This document shows positions 1-9,181 of a DNA stretch of 64,000 nucleotides, in pieces. The position numbers were made by a program, and so were the translations under genes. The notes below the pieces were generated by a model. The model was not told the origin of the DNA and ran no database searches. It worked only from the letters and a program-made list of their open reading frames with translations. Source of the stretch: an uncultured bacterium (GTDB lineage Bacteria; Zhuqueibacterota; QNDG01; DSAB01); assembly GCA_964651045.1 (NCBI GenBank), contig CAZYVD010000002.1, positions 7,930 to 71,929 on the forward strand, in the 5' to 3' direction. Each line of letters starts with the position of its first letter. Within the stretch, counting starts at the first letter, position 1.

Positions 1-444
1 AAGAGCCCCAGAACCATATTCATCTCTGAACTGCTTGGTCATCAATTGATACAATTCAAATCGATTCATCAAATTGACAAAATGCAAGACTGCTGCAGCT
101 ATTGCGACAAGCGCAAGAATAATATAGAGCGGCCTGAAGCGGTCAAAAACTTCCAATCTCTCTTTCTTAACAGTAAGGTTCTTTCGATTTGAACCCCTCA
201 TTCTAACAGCCATTCCTCCCAAACAAAAGAAAACCATACATAGCACAACAAAAAGAATGCTCTTAAGGCTCACACCAAAGAAACCAAAATGTCGTCCTAT
301 AATATTTATCATACACACAACAACCGCATACGGCCACGCCAGTACTCCAAATGGCGATATTACTGTACCCAGTCTGCTGTATTCCCAGCAACTAATTGTA
401 ATGCAAAATATCAATATAATAAACGAGCCTGCAATATACTCCAT
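1..444 (-). CDS. Partial (3'-truncated) polytopic membrane protein, probably an O-antigen/EPS polymerase (Wzy-like)
   Basis: The minus-strand ORF starts at the ATG whose complement is 442-444 and has no stop before position 1. Its translation (MEYIAGSFIILIFCITISCWEYS...VLCMVFFCLGGMAV...ILALVAIAAAVLHF) is strongly hydrophobic with several TM helices. It lies immediately after the GT2 and Wzx genes of the same minus-strand operon. It is absent from the ORF track because it is open-ended. Confidence 0.4.
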   Translation of the reverse strand, partial: MEYIAGSFIILIFCITISCWEYSRLGTVISPFGVLAWPYAVVVCMINIIGRHFGFFGVSLKSILFVVLCMVFFCLGGMAVRMRGSNRKNLTVKKERLEVFDRFRPLYIILALVAIAAAVLHFVNLMNRFELYQLMTKQFRDEYGSGAL

Positions 445-453
445 ACCTGCCCT

Positions 454-1536
454 CTACTTAAAGAGCTCTATTGCCCTTAAGACCTCATCCCTTTTTACAT
501 AATCGAGCCGCTTGGATTCTTTAAGAAGATTCCTGCACAATAGCAGACATTCATCCATGTTAGCCTTATATTTTATCATAAACATTGGTATTATATATAT
601 AAAAGAGAGAACACGCCATATCCTGAAGTACCATCTAGGATAATATGTCTTCATGTCAATGTAACGATTTAAAAGAGCAATATATGCATGGGCCAGTCTG
701 TTTCCAACAAACAGATTGTCCATTGTTGCAGCAACCTTATGAAATATCTTTGATCCCATCACTGCTGCCATACCAATTCTATTTTTTTTCATCCTCAGAC
801 TAAACTCATAATCCTCTTCTCCAAAAAAAAATCTTTCTGAAAGAAGACCGTATTCTTTAAAAATCTTGCTTCTTGCAAACAGTCCACATCCGGTTATAAA
901 TGTAATCTTTTTAAAATTATTTTGCCTCACTTCACTACATCTCTTATCTGAAAAATAGTACCTCTTACTCCCTCTCATCGTCAGTCTTCCCCCACAGTTC
1001 CATATCCTGTCCGGTCTGTCATAGTAACAAATCATCGGTGTTGCTACATGATATTCTGTGTTATTGTTTAAAAAATCGGACAATCTCTTCAGACAGTCGC
1101 TCTCTACTGTAGTATCGTTATTCAACAGCATGATATAATCAAAATCGTTACTCAACGCATATCTTATTCCAACATTACATCCTCCTGCATAACCCAGGTT
1201 CCGACTGTTTCTAATCAGTATGATTCTATCAGAAGAAAATCCTCCATGCATTTTATGACTGTTAATAAACTCAACCCTTACCTTGACCTCCTCTTTTCCA
1301 TAAGGCCCAACTACTACTCCTATTCTTCCCTCTGACCATTCCATCAACCTTTCCAGAGAGTCATCCTCAGAGCCGTTTTCTACAAGTACAACACTAAATC
1401 TTTTATATGAACTCATCAAAAGCGATGTAAGACACTCTATTGTATCCTTCCACCCATTCCAGTTCAGAACTACTACTGCTATTGAGGCTGAAAAATCAAA
1501 ACCTTTCTCTCTGTTCTTCTCCCCTTCTGCTCGCAA
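454..1536 (-). CDS. Family 2 glycosyltransferase (rhamnosyltransferase-like)
   Basis: The N-terminal 'IAVVVLNWNGWKDTIECLTSL' and 'NLGYAGGCNVG' match the GT-A fold GT2 signature. It sits in the polysaccharide locus. Confidence 0.8.
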   Translation of the reverse strand: MRAEGEKNREKGFDFSASIAVVVLNWNGWKDTIECLTSLLMSSYKRFSVVLVENGSEDDSLERLMEWSEGRIGVVVGPYGKEEVKVRVEFINSHKMHGGFSSDRIILIRNSRNLGYAGGCNVGIRYALSNDFDYIMLLNNDTTVESDCLKRLSDFLNNNTEYHVATPMICYYDRPDRIWNCGGRLTMRGSKRYYFSDKRCSEVRQNNFKKITFITGCGLFARSKIFKEYGLLSERFFFGEEDYEFSLRMKKNRIGMAAVMGSKIFHKVAATMDNLFVGNRLAHAYIALLNRYIDMKTYYPRWYFRIWRVLSFIYIIPMFMIKYKANMDECLLLCRNLLKESKRLDYVKRDEVLRAIELFK

Positions 1537-1540
1537 AAAA

Positions 1541-3043
1541 TCAACCCTCCCTTCTCTTTATCAGCGACCTCAACAGCTCTTTCTCGCTATTCCCTGCCAA
1601 CCTGTTCCATGCAACCCAGAAGAATACAACAACTACCATTAAACCAACAAGAGATCTCATGCCAAGAGATGAAAATATTTTATTGTTGATAAAAAGCGTA
1701 CAACCCAAAAAAAAGAGCATCACCAGTTCTAACCCGATCCGTTCTCTTTTAAGTGTACTCAAAATATTGGGATAAAATTTATAGTAAAGGAGCGAAAAGT
1801 CAAGAATTATTCTAACCATCCAGGCAACTGCAGCTCCTTTGATCCCAAACAATTTGATCCCAACAAAGAGAAGAACAATATAGACTGGAAATTCCAATAT
1901 GTGAAACTTTGCGGGCAGATCGGGCCTTCCCGTTCCCTGAAAAACGGTAAACGGAACATATGCCAGTGCATTGATAGCTATACCGATTGAAAATATCCTG
2001 AATATGGTTGTACTCTGGTGCATAAAAGATTTGCCAAGCCAGAGAGATAGTATGTCTCTTGAAAAAAAGAATAATAAGATAGATGCCACTCCTGTGGATA
2101 TCAGTATGATCTTTATTGATCTGCTCATTAGAATTGCCGTCCTGTTATTTTGCGATCCGAGTGCACTGAATTCAGGAAAAAATGTCGTCATGAGTGCAAT
2201 CGATATTATACGAAGCCTATAGATTGCCTCAAAGGGTGCAGAATAAAACGAAACATCGCTCATAGAAAGAAATGCTCCAATGAATATACGATCCATATAA
2301 ACGAGCAGAGGACTGATTATGCCCGAAACGGTTACCCACCCTCCATATATCATCATCTTTTTTAATGCAGGGGTCTCTATTCTTACAGGAAATAGTCTTG
2401 TCCTGAAAATCTTAATACAGATGTAAAAATAAACAAGCGCAGCACAAATGCGTGTTACTATTATCAAAAGCACAACTGTGGACAGATCATATTTAAAAAA
2501 ATATGACATTGCAGGAATCAATAAACTAACAACAGTTGTAGGAACATAAACAAAATTCACAAGATCGAATCTCTGTGCCGCACCCAGGATCCCCTTCATG
2601 CTCAATGAGAGAAGAATAAATGGAAGTGCAATACCAAGATATATGAAAGAGAGTTCTGTTTCCTTGACATATAGATCTGGAACATTCAGTATGTTTGTAA
2701 TTAAAAAATCCTTTGTCAGAAGGATTATCAGTGCTCCTGCAATGCCAAATAGAAAATTGAGTCTTAAGGAAATCCAGAAGACAGAAGAGAACCCATTGTC
2801 CCTTTTGCTCAGGCTCTCTGCAGCAAACTTTGTAGAAGCCCTTGATATTCCGAAATCCAAAATGCCAAGATATCCAAGAAAAATCCATACTATTGAAAGT
2901 ATGCCAAAGCCATCTGTTGTAAGACCCCTAATAGCAAATGGGATTGCCACAATACCTACAACTGGAGGTATAATCATTCCCATTAAATTTAATAGACTAT
3001 TCTTGGCTAAAACGCTTCCAGGCGTAAATCCCCTGCTGTTCAT
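1541..3043 (-). CDS. wzx: Polysaccharide flippase Wzx (PST/MOP superfamily)
   Basis: A 500-aa protein with about 12 predicted TM helices typical of oligosaccharide-unit flippases. Neighbours are a GT2 and a chain-length determinant. Confidence 0.7.
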   Translation of the reverse strand: MNSRGFTPGSVLAKNSLLNLMGMIIPPVVGIVAIPFAIRGLTTDGFGILSIVWIFLGYLGILDFGISRASTKFAAESLSKRDNGFSSVFWISLRLNFLFGIAGALIILLTKDFLITNILNVPDLYVKETELSFIYLGIALPFILLSLSMKGILGAAQRFDLVNFVYVPTTVVSLLIPAMSYFFKYDLSTVVLLIIVTRICAALVYFYICIKIFRTRLFPVRIETPALKKMMIYGGWVTVSGIISPLLVYMDRIFIGAFLSMSDVSFYSAPFEAIYRLRIISIALMTTFFPEFSALGSQNNRTAILMSRSIKIILISTGVASILLFFFSRDILSLWLGKSFMHQSTTIFRIFSIGIAINALAYVPFTVFQGTGRPDLPAKFHILEFPVYIVLLFVGIKLFGIKGAAVAWMVRIILDFSLLYYKFYPNILSTLKRERIGLELVMLFFLGCTLFINNKIFSSLGMRSLVGLMVVVVFFWVAWNRLAGNSEKELLRSLIKRREG

Positions 3044-3047
3044 GTAT

Positions 3048-4301
3048 TCATTCTTTTCTATTGAGGGTTTTAAAGATTTGCCTTATTCCCGGCTCAACGT
3101 ATATATAGAGAAAACAAAACACAAGACTCATAAAACTAAAAAATACAACAATAAGAACTCTCTTTGGCCTGCATTTTTTTATCGGAAGATTCGCCCTGTC
3201 GAGCACCTGAACAGTTGGTGTGTCTCTTACCTCTCTTATCTTTGCCTCTTCATATTGAGGAAGAATAAACTCCAAAATTTTCTCCTGAAGCACAACCTCC
3301 CTGAAAAGTCTGAGATACTCCATTGCCAATCCTGGAGCCTCTTTAAATGATAAAAAAAGCTTTGTGTTGTCTCCCTTAGATGTCAGGTCATAATCTTCCT
3401 TACCACCTATGAGCTCTTTGTATCTTTTTTTCAGCTCTGCTAGCTCACTCCTTGCCCTTATGACATCCGAATGGCTCTGGCCAAAATATCTCTCTAGGCT
3501 GCCAAGCTCAACCTCCTTTACAATTATCCTTGCCTTCAACTCGGCAGCAGCGGACAAAGAGGCCGTTGTCTGCTCTGGAAGAGCAACAATACCGTGTTTC
3601 TCCTGAAAGGCTGTCAGGGCCTCCTCAGCCTTTCTCAGGTCTTCTAAATTCTTGTAATACCTCTTCTCAATGAATATCCTTGTGTTACGAGCCCTTTCAG
3701 ATCTTAATCTGGAATTTACCTCATCCAGCTTCTTTATAAAAAATTCTGCCATCTCTCTGGCCAGTTCTCTTGCCCCATCAATGCTTGTTCTTGAACCAAG
3801 TGCAGGGGCTCTTGCTTGAACACTCAATGTTATTGTTCCTTCATCATCTACAACCACCGAAACATTCTTTCTAAGGCTCTTTATTGCCTCTTCAATATTT
3901 CTGCTCCTGTATCTTTTTATCAGGTCGAACTCTTTTACAGCCGCTTCCATAACGGTTCTGCTCTTCAGAATTGCAATGAAAATATCCTTCTCTTCTGTGC
4001 CACCAAAACTCAAGCCCAATCCTTCCATCGAAAAATTACTTAGAACCGATGATATTCCCAGACTTCTCTTTTCTGGAACAGGCGGCATTATTGTTGTAGA
4101 GGATCTATACCACTTCGGTAAAACAAAACTAACTGCAATAGAAATAAAACAGACAGAAAAAAATACAATAAGAATATATTTTCTTCTTCTGTAAAAAATT
4201 AATAAGTATTCCAAAAACCCCTTATCCCTTTTCATTGTTAAACCCTCTCGACGATTTGATTTTGTATTATTTTCCAAAAAAGCCTGCCGCCTTGGCTGCA
4301 A
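3048..4301 (-). CDS. Polysaccharide co-polymerase / chain-length determinant (Wzz/GumC family) lacking a C-terminal tyrosine-kinase domain
   Basis: There is an N-terminal TM ('LIVFFSVCFISIAVSFVLPKWYRSS') with a Wzz-like motif, a long coiled-coil periplasmic region and a C-terminal TM. The protein is 417 aa with no Walker motifs. Confidence 0.6.
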   Translation of the reverse strand: MQPRRQAFLENNTKSNRREGLTMKRDKGFLEYLLIFYRRRKYILIVFFSVCFISIAVSFVLPKWYRSSTTIMPPVPEKRSLGISSVLSNFSMEGLGLSFGGTEEKDIFIAILKSRTVMEAAVKEFDLIKRYRSRNIEEAIKSLRKNVSVVVDDEGTITLSVQARAPALGSRTSIDGARELAREMAEFFIKKLDEVNSRLRSERARNTRIFIEKRYYKNLEDLRKAEEALTAFQEKHGIVALPEQTTASLSAAAELKARIIVKEVELGSLERYFGQSHSDVIRARSELAELKKRYKELIGGKEDYDLTSKGDNTKLFLSFKEAPGLAMEYLRLFREVVLQEKILEFILPQYEEAKIREVRDTPTVQVLDRANLPIKKCRPKRVLIVVFFSFMSLVFCFLYIYVEPGIRQIFKTLNRKE

Positions 4302-5538
4302 GTATCAATGATGTTATTGTAGGGATGATTGTAATGTACACAGAAAGTCTCTGCCACAAGGAAGGATTTAGATGAACCACGTCACCTGGCTCCACAACAA
4401 CATCGGGACCCTTCTGGCTCTCCCCTGTTCTTACATGGTAGACCTTTATGCTCTTAACGTTTCCTGATCTGAAATCCCCCCCGGCCATTCCAGCATAATC
4501 GATTGCCTTCAAATTCATTGCATATGGGTAGGCACCTGGTCTCTGCACTGCTCCCTTAACATATACATACTGAGACGGAAGTACGATTCTATCTCCCTTT
4601 TTTATAATAAAATCAGAACCGTTTCTTCCCCTCTCTGAAAATGGAAAAAATTTCTGTGCCCCCTCTGCTGACCTTAATACCATTATCTTTGTAATTTCCA
4701 TCTTCCTGCTCAGAGCCCGGATTCTTGTAAGGAAATCCAGAATCTTCTCATTGTTAAATATTGGATAGATTCCACTAAGCTCGAGATCTCCCTCCACCCT
4801 GACCAGACCTCCATCAAGGGGAATCTGCGGTACAACTATAATGTCTCCCCCAGTTACATAGATATTCTCTCTCAAGTCACCACTCTGGTTAAATCTGTCC
4901 AGATCAAAAAAATCTCTCCTGCCGTCCACATGACGAATCTCTATCTTTCCTGTCCAGGCCCATTCTGTAACACCCCCTGCTTCTTGTATCAACCCAGAAA
5001 CCCTGTCTACTGCCTGAGCAATAAAGGTGCCCGGATATCTTACCTCGCCCACAACATGGACGCGAAAAAATCGCAGGCGTTCAAGTGTTATTGTTACCCT
5101 GCTGTTTGCGTATGCCTCTGAAGCCCTGCTAATTACCTTCTCCCTTACACTGCTCAGCGACTCTCCTGCAACATCTATATCACCAATAGAAGGAATGGAG
5201 AGCTTCCCTCCAGCCGAAACCGTAACAGGGAGCTGTAATTCAATCCCTCCCCAAACGTTAAAGGAAAAAACATCACCAGGTCCAACAATATAATTGTCAG
5301 GATCCACAACACCTTCGAGTGCATCTATCTGCGAAAATCTTTCCCTCAACCTGGCCTCCCTTTCCCTCTTCAGCTCATCAAGCTCCTTTTTACTCATATC
5401 CTGCTTGAAGAGATCTGGAAACTCTATCGACTTCGGAAGCCTCTTTTGTTTCTTTTGAATATCTGTCCTGTCCTGTGTCTGGGCTTGAACAGATGCTCCC
5501 AAAATAAAAATCATACTAAAGATTATTAATCTCTTCAC
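4267..5538 (-). CDS. wza: Outer-membrane polysaccharide export protein Wza (Poly_export + SLBB domains)
   Basis: It has a signal peptide (MKRLIIFSMIFILGASVQA). 'YIVGPGDVFSFNVWG' is the canonical Poly_export motif. Repeated SLBB-like segments (GAVQRPGAYPY) follow. Confidence 0.8.
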   Translation of the reverse strand: MKRLIIFSMIFILGASVQAQTQDRTDIQKKQKRLPKSIEFPDLFKQDMSKKELDELKREREARLRERFSQIDALEGVVDPDNYIVGPGDVFSFNVWGGIELQLPVTVSAGGKLSIPSIGDIDVAGESLSSVREKVISRASEAYANSRVTITLERLRFFRVHVVGEVRYPGTFIAQAVDRVSGLIQEAGGVTEWAWTGKIEIRHVDGRRDFFDLDRFNQSGDLRENIYVTGGDIIVVPQIPLDGGLVRVEGDLELSGIYPIFNNEKILDFLTRIRALSRKMEITKIMVLRSAEGAQKFFPFSERGRNGSDFIIKKGDRIVLPSQYVYVKGAVQRPGAYPYAMNLKAIDYAGMAGGDFRSGNVKSIKVYHVRTGESQKGPDVVVEPGDVVHLNPSLWQRLSVYITIIPTITSLILAAKAAGFFGK

Positions 5539-5567
5539 ACAAACTCCTATTATTTACTACTTGTCTT

Positions 5568-6878
5568 TCAGGCCTTGACGATCTTCTCTCTGCAATGAAC
5601 AACTTCTTCGGTGGCATTTCTTGTATCAATTACAAGCCTTGCGTTCTTTACAATCATTTCATAATCGTAACAGCCGTGAGCAGTAGATATAACAATAGCA
5701 TCATACTCTTTAATTTTATCTGGATTTAAATCGACACTCTTCATGTCGAATCGATACTTACGAACCCTGGGCATTACAGGAATATAAGGGTCGTTGTAGT
5801 CGACATTTGCGCCCTTTTCTCTAAATATTTCTATCAATTTAAGGCTTGGACTCTCTCTCGTATCGTCAATATCCTTTTTATATGCTACTCCCAGTATTAG
5901 AATCTTCGATCCCTTTATGCTTACTCTGTTGTTGTTCAGCGCATCTACAGTCTTCTGAACAACCCAGTAAGGCATTTGAGTATTTATCTCTCCTGCAAGT
6001 TCAATGAATCTTGTCGGCATATCATACTCTTTTGCCTTCCATGTAAGATAAAAGGGATCTATGGGAATGCAGTGGCCTCCGAGTCCAGGTCCTGGATAAA
6101 AGGGCATAAAACCAAAAGGCTTTGTTGATGCAGCTCGAATTACCTCCCAGATATCTATTCCCATTCTGTCGAGTATCATCTTCATCTCGTTTACAAGAGC
6201 GATATTCACGCTTCGAAAAATATTCTCCAGAAGTTTGGTTGCCTCTGCTGCCTGACTTGAAGATACTACCACCGTCCTGATTACGATTTTATCATAAAGC
6301 GCTTTTGCACATTTCAATGCATATTTATCATTTGCGCCTACAACTTTTGGAATATTGCTAGTTGAATATTTGGGGTTGTTCGGGTCCTCTCTCTCAGGAG
6401 AAAACGCAAGAAAGAAATCCTTTCCATATTTTAATCCCGATCTTTCCAGTATCGGCCTCATAACCTCTTCTGTTGTTCCAGGCCATGTAGAGCTCTCCAA
6501 AACAACAAGCTGACCCTTTCTCAAATATTTCGATATGGTCTCTGATGTATGGACAATAAAACTCAAATCGGGCTGGTGGTGCTTATCCAATGGCGTGGGA
6601 ACAGCAACCAGAATGCAATCTGTCTCCTTTAACAGTGAAAAATCTGATGTGGCATCAAACAATCCACTTTTAATTGCATCCTCTATGCTACTATCTGATA
6701 TGTGTTTAATGTAGGTCTTTCTCTTTTTAAGAGTTCTAATCTTGGCCTCATCTATATCAAAACCAATAGAGTAGAATCCTCCTTTAACAAACTCAATAAC
6801 AAGAGGCAGTCCAACATATCCAAGGCCTATGACTCCCACTCTTGCTTCTTTATTGATTATCTTTTTATACAGGTCCAT
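5568..6878 (-). CDS. UDP-N-acetyl-D-hexosamine 6-dehydrogenase (nucleotide-sugar dehydrogenase, WbpA/TviB/WecC family)
   Basis: There is an N-terminal Rossmann motif 'VGVIGLGYVGLPL'. The 436-aa length and overall fit match the UDP-glucose/GDP-mannose dehydrogenase family. A catalytic Cys lies in 'GGHCIPID'. Confidence 0.8.
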   Translation of the reverse strand: MDLYKKIINKEARVGVIGLGYVGLPLVIEFVKGGFYSIGFDIDEAKIRTLKKRKTYIKHISDSSIEDAIKSGLFDATSDFSLLKETDCILVAVPTPLDKHHQPDLSFIVHTSETISKYLRKGQLVVLESSTWPGTTEEVMRPILERSGLKYGKDFFLAFSPEREDPNNPKYSTSNIPKVVGANDKYALKCAKALYDKIVIRTVVVSSSQAAEATKLLENIFRSVNIALVNEMKMILDRMGIDIWEVIRAASTKPFGFMPFYPGPGLGGHCIPIDPFYLTWKAKEYDMPTRFIELAGEINTQMPYWVVQKTVDALNNNRVSIKGSKILILGVAYKKDIDDTRESPSLKLIEIFREKGANVDYNDPYIPVMPRVRKYRFDMKSVDLNPDKIKEYDAIVISTAHGCYDYEMIVKNARLVIDTRNATEEVVHCREKIVKA

Positions 6879-6902
6879 TTTGTTCCTTAAGGTTTATTTT
6901 AA

Positions 6903-7907
6903 TCACAAATCTTGATCATATTGAGTTCTATAATACTCCAGATATTCTCCTGATTTAATCTTCTCCCACCACCACCTGTTGTCGCAATACCACTGTACCG
7001 TCTCCTCCATTGCCCTCTCAAACGAGTGTGATGGCTTCCACCCAAGTTTTTTAATTTTCTCTATATTAAGTGCATATCTCCTGTCGTGTCCCTTTCTATC
7101 CGGAACAAAAGTCATAAGAGTCTCTGGTTTATTTAATTTCTTGAGTATCATCTCTGTTATTTCAAGATTATTTCTCTCATTGCCTGCTCCTACATTATAG
7201 ACCTCTCCATCCCTGCCCTTCTCCATGACAATCTCGATTGCCTCACAATTATCTATTACATAAAGCCAGTCTCTAACATTTTTCCCATCACCATAAATCG
7301 GCAAATCCTTATCCTCAAGGGCATTTGTTACAAACAGTGGTATTAACTTTTCAGGATACTGATAGGGGCCAAAATTGTTTGAACTTCTCGGAATTACTAC
7401 GGGAAGTTTATAGGTCACATAATATGAATATGCAAGCCGATCTGCCCCTGCTTTTGAAGCAGCATACGGGCTCGAGGGCATTAGGGGATCATCCTCTCTG
7501 AACAGGCCCTTGTCAATGCTTCCATATACCTCGTCTGTGCTGATCTGAACAAAGCGTTCAACTCCATGTTTCCGAGATGCCTCGAGCAGGACAAAGACAC
7601 CAAATATGTCTGTCTTTATAAAATCATCGGGCTTTCCGATGGAGCGATCCACATGACTCTCTGCAGCAAAATTTACCACAACATCTATATCCTTTATCAG
7701 GCTCTCCACAACTGTTTCATCACATATATCCCCTTTTACAAACCTATATCTTGGATCGTTCTCAACATCTTTCAGGTTGTCAAGGTTGCCAGCATAGGTA
7801 AGCTTATCGAGGTTTATGATTTCAACATCCTCATGCTTCGAAAGCATGTAACGTATAAAATTGCTCCCTATGAATCCTGCTCCTCCTGTTATAAGAAATC
7901 TTTTCAT
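6903..7907 (-). CDS. rfbB: dTDP-glucose 4,6-dehydratase
   Basis: It aligns near-collinearly to E. coli RfbB: 'ITGGAGFIGSNF', 'DKLTYAGNL', 'AAESHVDRSI', 'STDEVYG', 'SPYAASKAGAD', 'NNFGPYQYPEKLIP', 'DGKNVRDWLYV', 'PDRKGHDRRYA'. Confidence 0.95.
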   Translation of the reverse strand: MKRFLITGGAGFIGSNFIRYMLSKHEDVEIINLDKLTYAGNLDNLKDVENDPRYRFVKGDICDETVVESLIKDIDVVVNFAAESHVDRSIGKPDDFIKTDIFGVFVLLEASRKHGVERFVQISTDEVYGSIDKGLFREDDPLMPSSPYAASKAGADRLAYSYYVTYKLPVVIPRSSNNFGPYQYPEKLIPLFVTNALEDKDLPIYGDGKNVRDWLYVIDNCEAIEIVMEKGRDGEVYNVGAGNERNNLEITEMILKKLNKPETLMTFVPDRKGHDRRYALNIEKIKKLGWKPSHSFERAMEETVQWYCDNRWWWEKIKSGEYLEYYRTQYDQDL

Positions 7908-7914
7908 ATTATAT

Positions 7915-8370
7915 CTATCCCATCTTTATTTCCCAGTCATATGGCACTTCATCAGAGTCGTATGGTAGACGAAACTCATCCGGTTTGTCATAATCATATG
8001 GCTCTGTAACACAGTTTACAACTATTGCCTCCTCCTCTCCAATACACTTCCAGCCGTGATAAACACCCTTTGGGATGTGAACAAGCTGAGGATTATGCTC
8101 CCCAATGAAAAATTCATTTATCTCACCCTTTGTGGAAGACCCCTCTCTATTATCGTAAAGTACAAGTTTCAACATTCCTTTAACAACACAGACATTATCA
8201 TCCTGTTTCTTGTGATAGTGCCATGCCTTAATAACGCCTGGATAGGTTGTGGTCATATAGACCTGACCGAATTTTTTAAACAACTCATCGTCACAACGCA
8301 GAATCTCCATGAGCCGGCCTCTTTCATCCGGTATTACTCTGAGGTGTTTAATCTTAACATCTTCAATCAT
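7915..8370 (-). CDS. RmlC-like cupin (dTDP-4-dehydrorhamnose 3,5-epimerase family or related dTDP-sugar isomerase)
   Basis: The 151-aa double-stranded beta-helix protein contains 'RGRLMEI...KAWHYHKKQDD', resembling the RmlC 'RGLHYQ' region. It is directly upstream of rfbB in the same operon. Confidence 0.5.
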   Translation of the reverse strand: MIEDVKIKHLRVIPDERGRLMEILRCDDELFKKFGQVYMTTTYPGVIKAWHYHKKQDDNVCVVKGMLKLVLYDNREGSSTKGEINEFFIGEHNPQLVHIPKGVYHGWKCIGEEEAIVVNCVTEPYDYDKPDEFRLPYDSDEVPYDWEIKMG

Positions 8371-8436
8371 TTAAGTTGCTCCTTTATTTATTTAATCAGT
8401 AATCTAATAAATATATTAACAAATGTCAATACATGA

Positions 8437-9181
8437 AGATATCATATGCATTCTACAATTTCAAATCATCTTTTACGGCAAATTTTTCGGAATGCAGAAC
8501 AACATCGTGTTCCCCTATGTTTTAAAGCAATTCTTTCTTCAAAAAAAGAAGACAGGAGGCAGTACCCATAGAGAAGGCTTCAGTTTATGATTTTTTTGTG
8601 ATCGATTTCACATGGTGTACGAATGTGTCGACTCAGTAAAACTACTCTTAGATAAGTCTCTATACAGTCTTGACATCTGCCTGCCACTTTGGATTCTTGG
8701 GAGCCCTGATGTGCTCTTCAAGTCCCCTCATAGAACCAGTGGATCATATCTTTAGCCCCGTTTACGTACTGTCTTTAGAGTTGTGCTAAAAGTCCGTGCA
8801 CTCCATGCTATCTGGTATAGCAAGCCATCTTACCTCGGACACTATTTATCTTTGCCTTGATGTATCTATCGGATTTATCCCATTGTCTTCTCCCTGTCTT
8901 TATGTTTGAGAATAAAAAGAGTTTTATTGGCCGTCAATTACTTCTTTAGAGTCCATGGGAGGATACCACCGCTGTAGAGACCAACTCCTCTAACCATTTC
9001 TCAGGCTATTCCCTCAACCCTATATGACTCTTTTGCCCAAATACCTTAAGTTTTTTTTACCTCAATATATGTACAACCATTTTCATGAACTTTTACGATC
9101 CAAAAAAATAACTGCCTTGACTTTTTCCAATATTATGATTATAATTTTAAGTTTAAACTGTCATTAATTAAAAGGATAGTC
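8437..9181. other. 745-bp non-coding gap at the minus-to-plus strand switch, with no ORF of 60 aa or more in any frame. It is a candidate structured RNA and/or divergent promoter region
   Basis: No ORF occurs in six frames. GC content is visibly higher than in flanking intergenic DNA. It contains an 'AAAAGTCCGTGCACTCCAT' stretch (about 8803-8821) that loosely resembles the RNase P RNA P4 region, but the rest of the RNase P consensus was not found. It lies between divergently transcribed operons. Confidence 0.3.

Noticed and set aside
257-502. Plus-strand ORFs 257..502 and 289..480 at the window start
   Set aside because: The opposite strand carries a longer hydrophobic membrane-protein ORF continuous with the polysaccharide operon. 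The plus-strand ORFs look like shadows.
8700-8740. tRNA-like T-arm (TTCAAGTCCCCTC...CCA) in the 745-bp gap
   Set aside because: The putative T-stem halves are not complementary, and no acceptor or anticodon arms could be built.
8780-8830. RNase P RNA gene call based on the AAAAGTCCGTGCACTCCAT motif
   Set aside because: Only the P4 5'-strand-like motif is present. The downstream GGUGCGGUAAGAGCGCACC and ACAGAACCCGGCUUA conserved regions could not be found on either strand. It is kept only as a low-confidence hint in the findings.
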